In this document: piece after piece, positions 1 to 8,197 of the stretch | Position numbering within the stretch: the stretch's first letter is position 1 | Layout: each line of letters opens with the position of its first letter | Source of the DNA: Ostreococcus tauri | Lineage: Eukaryota | DNA: 32,000 nucleotides | Direction: 5' to 3' | NCBI GenBank assembly: GCA_000214015.2 | Contig: CAID01000020.2 | Coordinates: 84,641-116,640 of the forward strand | The notes under the pieces: generated by a model | The model's input: the letters and a program-made list of their open reading frames with translations, nothing else | What the model was told of the DNA's origin: nothing | The model's database searches: none | Program-made: the position numbers and the translations under genes

Positions 1-1
1 G

Positions 2-277
2 ATCAAGCGCGCGATGATCATCGGCGCCGATTTCTACGAGAGCGATGAGAAGAAGGCGAGTCTGCTCGCCTCGGGTGAGGTTCCGGTGGGCATTGGCGAG
101 GGAACGATCATTGAAAACGCCATCATCGACAAGAACGCGCGCGTGGGGAAAAACTGCGTCATCACCAACGCCGCCGGCGTGGAAGATCTCGCGGATGAAG
201 AAAGAGGGGTCTTCATTCGTAACGGTATCATCACCATTCTCAGAAACTGCACCATTCCGGACGGCACCATCATCTAA
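2..277 (+). CDS. ADP-glucose pyrophosphorylase (glucose-1-phosphate adenylyltransferase), C-terminal fragment; 5' part lies outside the window
   Basis: The frame is open from the window edge to TAA at 275-277. The translation ...IIDKNARVGKNCVITNAAGVEDLADEERGVFIRNGIITILRNCTIPDGTII* matches the conserved beta-helix C-terminus of plant/algal AGPase subunits, as recalled from the family. Confidence 0.85.
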   Translation: MKRAMIIGADFYESDEKKASLLASGEVPVGIGEGTIIENAIIDKNARVGKNCVITNAAGVEDLADEERGVFIRNGIITILRNCTIPDGTII

Positions 278-586
278 CGCGCCGAATCGACGAAGGACGC
301 GCGAAGACGACGACGGATGACGCGACGCGTCATCCGTCGCTCCCGCGAGACGCAGACAGAGAGTAAAGTCATCACGACCCGCCATGTAACGCAAGCGAGT
401 GTAAAAAATCGCCAAATCACACGCACCGCCCGCGCCCGCGTCCACACCGACCGCGTTCGACCTCTCGCGTCTTCCCCCCCGCGTCCCGAACACCCGCATT
501 CGCCCCATCCGTCTCCACTTCCCCACCCCTTTCGATTCAACCTCTCGAGTCCCATCGCGCGTCCCGACGACGACGTCACCGCGGGC

Positions 587-2416
587 ATGCGCGACGGCTT
601 TCGCGACGTCACCGTCGAGCGCGCCGCCTTTCTCGCGTGCGCGCTCGGCTTGACGCTCTGGGGCTACCCGCTCGGCGTCACCGCCGTGGCCGTGCTCTCG
701 CCCGAACAGCTCCAGCGCTCCGTCAAGGGCGTCGGCGCGTTCGACGTCGAGACCGCCGGCGCGCTCGTGGCGTCGCACGGCGCGGGGGCGCTGCTGGGAG
801 CGATGGCGTTGGTGACGCCGCGACCGGGCGGAGGCGCGTCGTGGGCGGACGCGAGCGGACGGAGGAAGATGTTGCGCGCGTCGGCGGTGATTTACGGCAT
901 CGCGAGCCTAGGGATGAGCGTGACGCCGATCGGAGGGGTGGGTGTGAGGAGCGTGGGGGGAGAACGGTTGGCTATCGGGTGGTTTATGTTTTTTAGAACG
1001 ATGTACGGGTTCGCGTGCGGGACGTGCTTCCCGACGACGTACGCGTACGTGGGAGAGACGACGTCGACGAAGAGTCGGGGGAGGATGTTGGTCGCGTTGG
1101 GGGTGGTTGAGATGATCGGGGAATTGTTCGGTGATTTCACTGGGTTGGCGCTCGAACGCATGCGCGGGGCGTGGAGGATTTTGTTAGCGCTCCCGATGCC
1201 CGTCGCGTTCGCGTATTACAATCTCGTGAACACGATTCCGGAGAGTCCGAGGTGGTTGGTCTTGAGGGCGACGAACGAGGCTTCGGGACGAGTCGGATCG
1301 AAGACGGACGCGGAGACGGGCGGGGTGACGCGACGGGATGAGAGCGCGTGGACGTACGAGGATTTAGATTTGACCGAGGCGAGACGCGCGGAGAGCATAT
1401 TTCGCAACGATCGTTCCACGTCCGTCTCCGACGTGTTTTTCCGGCGAAGGAAAAAGATAGATGGCGGTGGTGCCATCTCCGAGGTCTTCAGGGTCCCAGG
1501 GGAGGGCGAGCAGAGCCAGGCGTGTCGCGACGAAATCGAGCGCGAATTGCGCTCCATCGCCGACGTCATCATCAAGGCTCGAAAAGAGACTAAGAAGCAC
1601 TCGTGCGCGGCGATCGCGAACGCGCCGTCGACGAGACGCGCGATGACGATCGCTTTCGGCTTGACGGCGTTCAACGCCCTCAGCGGCGCCCCGGCGTTGA
1701 GCTTTTTCGCCAAACACGTGTTCGAGATGACGGGTCACTCACCGACGATCGCGACCTCGATGACGCTCGGATACGCCTTCGCCAAGCTCGCAGCGACGGT
1801 CGCGGTGTGTTTGACTTTGGAATACGTCGGACGTCGTCGCATGCTCACCGTCGGCGTCGGCATCCAAGCCCTGGCTTGCGTCATCTTGGCGTTTGTCTTT
1901 GACGGCGTCGCCTGGATCGAGGACCCACGACACGCCGTGAGCTTCCAAATCCTCTCCGGGTTCCTCGCCACGACCGCAGACTTTTGTGTTTACGCCTGCG
2001 GCATCGGTCATGCCCTCGGATTTTGGGCCTTGGCCGTGCCGCTGAGTAACGAGGTGTGCCCGCTTCGCGCGCGGGCGATGATTTTAGCCATCAACTCGGC
2101 GTTCAATTGGGCCCTCCAAACGCTCGCCATGAGATTCTTCCCGGTCATGATGAAGCACCCCGGGCTGAGTTACACGTTTGGCTCCTTCGCCTTCTGTCTC
2201 ATCACCTCTCTGGCGTTCATCCGAGCGTTCGTTCCGGAGACCAAAGGCCGAACGCTCGAGCGCATCGAGACGGCGATGACGGAGGAACACACCCTGAGCG
2301 CCGTCGTTCGACGCCTCGCGCGGGAGCGCGACGGAGAGGATAAAATGATCGAAACCGCGAGTTTACTCGGCGACGACCGCGATTTGACCTACGTCGACCG
2401 ACGGATGACTCGGTGA
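587..2416 (+). CDS. Major facilitator superfamily sugar-porter-type transporter with a long hydrophilic central loop
   Basis: This is the 317..2416 ORF. Sugar-porter signatures are PESPRWLV, VGRRRMLTVG and PETKGRTLERIE, with many hydrophobic segments. The first ~90 codons of the ORF are R/P-rich and look non-coding, so I start at the in-frame ATG at 587. The start is uncertain. Confidence 0.75.
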   Translation: MRDGFRDVTVERAAFLACALGLTLWGYPLGVTAVAVLSPEQLQRSVKGVGAFDVETAGALVASHGAGALLGAMALVTPRPGGGASWADASGRRKMLRASAVIYGIASLGMSVTPIGGVGVRSVGGERLAIGWFMFFRTMYGFACGTCFPTTYAYVGETTSTKSRGRMLVALGVVEMIGELFGDFTGLALERMRGAWRILLALPMPVAFAYYNLVNTIPESPRWLVLRATNEASGRVGSKTDAETGGVTRRDESAWTYEDLDLTEARRAESIFRNDRSTSVSDVFFRRRKKIDGGGAISEVFRVPGEGEQSQACRDEIERELRSIADVIIKARKETKKHSCAAIANAPSTRRAMTIAFGLTAFNALSGAPALSFFAKHVFEMTGHSPTIATSMTLGYAFAKLAATVAVCLTLEYVGRRRMLTVGVGIQALACVILAFVFDGVAWIEDPRHAVSFQILSGFLATTADFCVYACGIGHALGFWALAVPLSNEVCPLRARAMILAINSAFNWALQTLAMRFFPVMMKHPGLSYTFGSFAFCLITSLAFIRAFVPETKGRTLERIETAMTEEHTLSAVVRRLARERDGEDKMIETASLLGDDRDLTYVDRRMTR

Positions 2417-2847
2417 CGGACCGACGGCGACGTTCCGCGCAAACTACGGAAACGTGTACAATATGACCATGAGCCGTCGACACCCGCACCAAGAACAAAC
2501 ACATAGCCCGAAACGACGTACAATACGTCACATGCCGCGACGGGGCCTCGCCGAGCCGCCAGAGCATGACTCGCGCGCGCTCCTCCCTCGCGTCTCCGCG
2601 CGTGCGCGCGCGCGAGGGCTTTGGACGCTCGCGCGCGACCGCGCGCGCGCGCCGACATCGCGTCGCCGCCGCGCGAACGTCGAGCGACGACGCGCGGGTC
2701 GTCACGATTCGACATTCGGACGTTTTGAGAACGAAAGCCGCGCAGGGGACGCCCCGGACGACGCCGCGCGATTTCGCGCCGAGAGAGACGCGCGTGGACG
2801 CGCGCGGCGTCGTGTGTGATTTCGGTCGCGGCGTGGAGCGAAGAGCG

Positions 2848-2869
2848 ATGGAACATCCGACGATGTCGA

Positions 2870-2902
<33 letters not shown>

Positions 2903-4194
2903 CGCTTCTCGCGCGACGGCTCGTGTCATCGGAATCGACGCGGAAGAAGACGGTGGTGCTCGGGGCGGGGTTCGCTGGGTGTGAATTGGCGAGAGATTTG
3001 GCGTCGTCGCGAGACGTTCGTGTTTTGGACGTGAAGGAGTATTTCGAGTACGTTCCGGCGACGCCGGCGGCGCTCGCCGGGAACGCGCCGTTGAGAAGAA
3101 TCTCAAACAGCAATAGGTTCGCGAGTAAGCGAGAGCGGTCCTTGACGGTGCCGTATAAGAAGATTTTACCGCGCTCGGTGGGGTTCACGTGCGTGCAGAG
3201 TGGGGAGATTAAGGTGTGCGAGGATCACGTCGTCGCCGACGGCGAGCGCATCGATTACGACGAGCTCGTCGTCGCCACTGGGTCGAGATACGGGAATGCG
3301 GCGCTCAAGGCGAGACCAGGAAGTGAGCGGGCGCGAACGCGCTCGGGAAGGAGGGAGCAGATCGCCGAGGCGCGGGCGATGTTGGAGGGTGGGAAGACGG
3401 TTGTCATCGTCGGCGGCGGCGCCGTCGGCGTCGAGCTCGCGAGCGAGCTCGGCGCTCGGGCAAAGGAGTTGAACACCGGCGCGAAGGTTTTACTCTTACA
3501 CAACGGCCAGCGATTGCTCGATGGGATGCCCAAGGCGGTGGCGCAGTACGCCGCGGACGTGCTCGTTCGCCAAGGCGTGAGCGTGTACCTCGGGCAGACG
3601 TATAATCGTATCGGGACGACGTTCGTGGGACGAATGAACGAAAATGTCATCAAATCCGATCACTACGTCATGTGCGTTGGGTCTAAGCCGAACACGGAGT
3701 ACCTCAAGCAAACCGGGGTGGAGGACGAGGAGACGATCAACGTCCCGCTCGACGCGCTCGGCCGGGTGCGCATCGACGAAGGTACGCGCCAAGTCATCGG
3801 GTACGACAACGTCTACGCCGTAGGTGACTGCGCGTGCAAGCTTCCTGATCAATCATTGGCGTCGTACGCGCACTGGGAGGCGGAGTACGTCGCCAAGCGC
3901 ATCGCGTGCGATGGAGACGAACGCAAATTGAGACAACTAGGCTTGTACGCGGTGCCGCCGCGCATTGTGGCGGTATCGCTCGGTCCCCGAGACGGCGTCG
4001 TCTCCTGGGGTGACGCCGTCGTCGCTCGCGGAATTTTTGCCGCTATGATCAAGTGTTTGGTGCAGTTCTGGTTCGTGCGCTTCTTGCCGGCGCCGTACGC
4101 CATCATGAAGCGCTTACCGAGCCTGAAGAACAAACCGCCGGCGAGCGTAATCTTACTCGCACCGCCCACCATCTCTGCCGCGCCCGCGAGTTAG
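2848..4194 (+). CDS. FAD-dependent pyridine nucleotide-disulfide oxidoreductase (AIF / type-II NADH dehydrogenase-like)
   Basis: It has two Rossmann motifs, KKTVVLGAGFAGCELARDL and KTVVIVGGGAVGVELASEL, plus VYAVGDCA. The ORF runs 2566..4194. I prefer ATG 2848 (MEHPTMSMAAAAAAAAAATLLARRL, presequence-like), but ATG 2566 is possible. Confidence 0.8.
2871..2900. repeat. (GGC)10 microsatellite encoding a poly-Ala run in the oxidoreductase presequence
   Basis: Read directly: ggcggcggc... across 2871-2900. Confidence 0.9.
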
Positions 4195-4368
4195 ATCGAA
4201 TCAGACGAGGTGACACCACCGATGTGTCATGGACGGCACGGCATTCCACGCAACATCTCGCGCGTAGTTCGAAATATCAAGCGCATCGATACCACCGCGA
4301 ATCGTCGGTTCATTTTCGCCAAATTGGGAGACGAAGGGACGCGCGGCGAAATCCGCCTCAGAAACGCA

Positions 4369-4388
4369 CGCGCGCGCGCGCGCGCGCG
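4369..4388. repeat. (CG)10 alternating purine-pyrimidine tract in the intergenic region
   Basis: Read directly: cgcgcgcgcgcgcgcgcgcg, upstream of the 4475 gene. Confidence 0.9.
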
Positions 4389-4474
4389 CACTCGCGCGCC
4401 GCCGACGAATTAATATTCACACTCGCGACGCGCACGAATCGCCGCTCGCGTCAATCTCGTCGCTCGCGATCGAC

Positions 4475-5305
4475 ATGCCGCAGACGTGCACGGTGGAGAG
4501 CCCGGCGCTGGACATTGAGGCGAGCGAGCTCTGGCGGGCGCGAACGACGGAGGATTTCATGGCGTGCGAACGCGAGGTTTTCAACGACGTCGCCTCCGCG
4601 ATCGTGCTCTACGAACGTCGAGACCACGAGGCGGGCGCATCGTCCACGGCGCGATACGTCGTGCGAACGCGCACGCGGGTGACGATGCCGTACCTGGCGC
4701 GCAAGGCGCTCGGGTCGCGGAGCGGGGCGAGCGTGGACGTCTTCGACGATTACGTCGTGGATGAGATTCAGGGCACGGCGCCATTTTTATACGAGGCGTG
4801 CTTACGGTCGTACACCACGCACCTGTCGCCCTCGAACAGCGTGATTCGGGGCGTCGTGCGGTGCAAGTCTGTGGACGGCGGCGCTCGATGCGAGCTCGCG
4901 GTGCGCGTCGAGTGCGCGGTCAAGGCGTCGGGACCGTTCGGGAGCGCGATCGAGCGAGCGATGATTGGGACGATGCGAGAAAAGTTGCACGCCTACCCAC
5001 GGGTGGTGGAGCTCTACAAGACTAGGAGGGCGTTGGTGGAGACGCGCCGCGCCGCGCGCGCGTTGGCGCGGGCGAAATCCACCGAAGGCGAAGAATTTCA
5101 TTCCGTGATTAACACGAGCGACGACGAGTCGGCGTACGAATCCGACATCGGTGGCGACGCCGCTTTACGTCGTCACGGCAACGCCGAGACGTCACGCATT
5201 GGTGATTCCACCGCCGACGCGCCTGATTCGGTGACTGTAACCGCGGACGCGAGTCGCGCGTGTTGCGTCCCGCGACGCGGCTCAAAGACTAGAAAAATCC
5301 CATAG
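4475..5305 (+). CDS. Hypothetical protein (276 aa), no family recognised with confidence
   Basis: ATG-initiated ORF. The N-terminal ~190 aa have balanced, non-low-complexity composition and GC-biased third positions. The C-terminus is acidic and serine-rich. Confidence 0.5.
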   Translation: MPQTCTVESPALDIEASELWRARTTEDFMACEREVFNDVASAIVLYERRDHEAGASSTARYVVRTRTRVTMPYLARKALGSRSGASVDVFDDYVVDEIQGTAPFLYEACLRSYTTHLSPSNSVIRGVVRCKSVDGGARCELAVRVECAVKASGPFGSAIERAMIGTMREKLHAYPRVVELYKTRRALVETRRAARALARAKSTEGEEFHSVINTSDDESAYESDIGGDAALRRHGNAETSRIGDSTADAPDSVTVTADASRACCVPRRGSKTRKIP

Positions 5306-5960
5306 CCGCCACTTTCGAAGGCACCTCGGCGAAACGTTTCATCTTGAACGGCGCTCGCGCATCCTCCGTCGTCGATGTCTTTGCGCTCGACGCGGCTCGA
5401 GGCTCGAGGCTCTCGTGAGACGACGCCCGCGCGCGCGCGACGCGCGCGCGCTCCATCCGTCTCGCCTCGATCCACGCGTCGGCGTACCGATGCTCGATGA
5501 CATCCGCGATGGATTCCGGCGCATCGCGCCATCGCGTTTCGTCTTCCGATCGCATCGCGCTCGGTCGACCGAACGTGAGCGTGTCGTCAATCTTCGTCGG
5601 TCTCGCGCGTCGCTCGCCCGAGCGCAACAGCGTCGGACGTTTCGCCGCGCGTCGAAACGCCCGCACCTGTTTACTCGTCACGCACTTCCCTTCCGACGTC
5701 GCGCGCTTGTTCATCGCCATTAAATCAATCCCGCCCGTGTACGCATTCCTCACGCGCGCGCCCACCGCGGGATCGCGCCAGACCAAGGCGTCCCCCGCGG
5801 TTTCGCTCGGCGCCGCCGCCGCGCGGCGCGCCGGCGCGCCGCCGCGCGCGCCGTCGGGAGCGAAGATCATCGTCTCGCGCGCGCGTCCGACGTCGGCGCG
5901 ATTGTTAATGAGCGCGTTCATCGCCATGCTCGGACGATCGAATCCGATTCGACCCTCCAT
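5289..5960 (-). CDS. Hypothetical protein (223 aa)
   Basis: ATG-initiated ORF (cat at 5958-5960) with mixed composition (…TFGRPSAMRSEDETRWRDAPESIADVIEHRYADAWIEARRMER…). Its stop codon at 5289-5291 lies inside the 3' end of the convergent 4475..5305 CDS. Confidence 0.45.
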   Translation of the reverse strand: MEGRIGFDRPSMAMNALINNRADVGRARETMIFAPDGARGGAPARRAAAAPSETAGDALVWRDPAVGARVRNAYTGGIDLMAMNKRATSEGKCVTSKQVRAFRRAAKRPTLLRSGERRARPTKIDDTLTFGRPSAMRSEDETRWRDAPESIADVIEHRYADAWIEARRMERARVARARASSHESLEPRAASSAKTSTTEDARAPFKMKRFAEVPSKVAAMGFF

Positions 5961-5996
5961 CGCGCTCGCGCGCCGAGATGTGAGGCGTCCGTCGTC

Positions 5997-6156
5997 TTAA
6001 TTTAGCGCCATCCGTCGCCCGTTCCGTCGCCGCGCCGCCCTACGACTCCGGCGACGCCCGAGCGCTGGTTTTCGCCTTGGCCCTCGCGAGCCATCGTAAG
6101 TTGTTCTTTCCCGTCGGTCGCGGCGCCGCCGTCGACACCGTCGACGGCCCGCGTCC

Positions 6157-6188
<32 letters not shown>

Positions 6189-6210
6189 CGACGCCGTCGA
6201 CGCCGCGACG

Positions 6211-6243
<33 letters not shown>

Positions 6244-6512
6244 TCGCCGCCCGTCCCCGACATTTCCGACATTTCCGACCTTTCCGACGTCCCGACCCCC
6301 CCCCCAAACGCCCCACCGCCCGTGGTCGTCGACCATCCGCGTCCCGAACCGCGCGTCCATCCGTCGACGACGATTCCGCACCCGTCCCGCGTCTCGTCAA
6401 TCACCCCCCCCCGCGCGTCCTGCGCCGTCACCCCACGACGAACCCGTTCGCGAAACACCCTCAGCGCCTCGACGTCGACGTCGTCCCACATCGCCGCGAC
6501 CTCGATCGCCGC

Positions 6513-6544
<32 letters not shown>

Positions 6545-7091
6545 CGACCGCGTCGACCGCGTCGCACGCCTCGCGCACGCGCGCCGCGCACCTCTCGCTC
6601 GGCACCGCGCGACACGTCGGACACCGCAACGCCAACCCCCGATCGAGCATCGCGCGCCAACACCGCGCGTGGCACCCGTGCGCGCACGCGTCCGCGCTCG
6701 CCCGCGTCCCCGGCGTCGTCTCCCCGCACGCCCCGCACGCCACACGCTCCGCCCGCGCGTTCACGACCTCCACGACGTCACGGATGCGTTCAAAAACCAC
6801 GACCGACGCGCCCTCGTCCTCCCCAGCGTCCGCGACGGCGCGCTCGAGCTCGCGGGCGATCTCATCGAATGATTCTCTCGCGAGCCCGATCGCGTGCTCG
6901 AGCCCCCACCGCGCGCGCGCGCCGTGCGTGTGGACGCACGCGACGTCGACGCGGGCGTAGATCGACCCCGTGGCGTCCCGTCGCGGGACCACGGTCAAGC
7001 GGGCGACGGTGGCGTCGCCGATGGTGTCGATGGTGAATGCGTCGGTGGATTCGTACGTCGCGCGGAGCGCGTCGAGGTCGGCGCGTGACAT
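5997..7091 (-). CDS. RWD-like domain plus RING-type zinc-finger-like protein with a low-complexity C-terminal half
   Basis: The N-terminus (DLDALRATYESTDAFTID...) resembles an RWD domain. It is followed by the Cys/His pattern CGACGx13CAHGCHARCWx13CPTC (C-x2-C...C-x-H-x-C-H-x2-C...C-x2-C). The C-terminal half contains GV, AS and SEM repeats and an Arg-rich tail. Confidence 0.6.
6160..6290. repeat. Compound microsatellites inside the RWD/RING CDS: (CGACGC)n, (CCGACC)n and 3 x CATTTCCGA
   Basis: Read directly. On the minus strand they encode the ASAS..., GVGVGVGVGV and SEMSEM peptide repeats. Confidence 0.85.
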
Positions 7092-7189
7092 CGTGGGAAG
7101 GCGCGCGCGTCGCGTGGACGCGCGCGGGCGACGCGCGCGAGCGCGCGCGCGCGTCGGGGGGTGGACGATGTGTGACGGACGACGGCGAT

Positions 7190-7480
7190 GTGACGATTGT
7201 GAAAAATGGCGTCATCAATGTGACGAATCTCGAAAATGCCATCGGCATCACCGTGAGACGTCGTCTCGAAAACGCCGTCGTCATCACCGTGAGAATGACG
7301 TCGTCATCACCGTGAAACATCATCTCACAAATGACATCGTCATCACCGCGAGACATCCTCGAAAATGGCATCGACGTGAAACATCACATCAAAAGTATCA
7401 TCACCGTGAAACATCATCTCGAAAATGACATCGTCATCACCGCGAGACGTCGTCGAAAACGGCATCGACGCGAAACACGC
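7190..7480. repeat. Imperfect 33-36 bp minisatellite, about 9-10 units, consensus GTGARACRTCRTCTCGAAAAYGNCRTCGTCATCACC
   Basis: Read directly. Recurring blocks are ...catcaccgtgagacgtcgtctcgaaaacgccgtcgt / catcaccgtgaaacatcatctcgaaaatgacatcgt... It lies in the divergent intergenic region just upstream of the 5997..7091 gene. Confidence 0.75.
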
Positions 7481-7582
7481 GTTGGCGCGCGTCCCCGGGG
7501 ACGCGCCGTCTCGACGCGCGCACGCGCGCGCGCACACTTTTCCGAGCACGCGCGCGCGCGCACTTTTCCAGTCACACTTTTG

Positions 7583-7601
7583 TAGGGTTTATGTAGGGTT
7601 T
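7583..7601. promoter_or_regulatory. Two adjacent telo-box-like motifs (TAGGGTTT x2, complement of AAACCCTA)
   Basis: tgTAGGGTTTatgTAGGGTTTcg, read directly. The telo-box is a known plant promoter element. Function here is inferred only. Confidence 0.35.
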
Positions 7602-7723
7602 CGTTTTTGGCATATTACGGGTTATTTTCATTAAATATGCACGAGAAGAACACGTAACGCGATGGACGTCACGCGTCGGCGATTTCAACGGGCGACGTCT
7701 CGAAAAAACATCAACGCACATCG

Positions 7724-7732
7724 AGGGTTTAG
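7724..7732. promoter_or_regulatory. Third telo-box-like motif (AGGGTTTAG)
   Basis: cgAGGGTTTAGatg, read directly in the same intergenic region. Confidence 0.3.
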
Positions 7733-7932
7733 ATGACGAATCAGCACTCGTGAATGACGTCAAAAAAAGTGTGCGCGCGATCGGTGCGTCACACCTTTTC
7801 GTGATTGAACACGGCGTGGTCGTCCCACGCGCGTCACCGCGCGCGTGACGCGCGTGCGCTCGGCCTCGATCACGCCTCGACCCGAGGGGTGCGCGTCTCT
7901 TCGAGTGGGCGTCGAAATCCTTCGTGGGGTTG

Positions 7933-8128
7933 TGTGTGTACGTACATCGGCTTTTCATATACCAATATACTGTATACACGTATACATATATTGTATGTAC
8001 GAAACCCACTGTGTGACTGACACACCCAGGGTTCATATGTGTGTACATACATAGTCTTATCATATACCAATATACAATACACGTATACATATATTGTATG
8101 TACGAAACCCGATGTGTGACACCACCGG
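7933..8128. repeat. Low-GC tandem dimer, period ~105 bp, directly upstream of the MiaB-like gene
   Basis: catataccaatatac(tg)tatacacgtatacatatattgtatgtacgaaaccc(ac/ga)tgtgtgac occurs at 7956-8017 and again at 8061-8120. The flanking tgtgtgtac(g/a)tacat... is also duplicated. Confidence 0.85.
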
Positions 8129-8197
8129 GCGACGCCGCGCCGACCCCCGTGGATGGGCGCACTATGTGTACGATGATGGGTTCAAAACACACACAGT

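Noticed and set aside
2217-3188. 323-aa minus-strand ORF overlapping the 3' end of the MFS gene and the 5' part of the oxidoreductase gene
   Set aside because: The translation is Arg/Ala/Ser-rich low complexity, including the poly-Ala complement of the GGC repeat. It has no motifs and lies antisense to a CDS with clear Rossmann motifs. This is a typical stop-codon-poor artefact of GC-rich DNA.
6077-7036. 319-aa plus-strand Pro/Arg-rich ORF (plus 6322..6960 in another frame)
   Set aside because: It is antisense to the RWD/RING-like CDS. The translation is driven by microsatellites (PTPTPTP, RPRPRP) and poly-Pro/Arg.
7190-7480. CRISPR-like array, considered here and at 25737-26090 because of regularly spaced repeats
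   Set aside because: The units are directly abutting imperfect tandem repeats with no unique spacers. The context is eukaryotic nuclear DNA (spliceosomal introns, a pol III tRNA with intron) and no cas genes are present.
7583-7732. Interstitial telomere tract
   Set aside because: There are only isolated 8-9 nt matches to the TTTAGGG repeat, not an array. I interpret them as telo-box-like promoter motifs at most.
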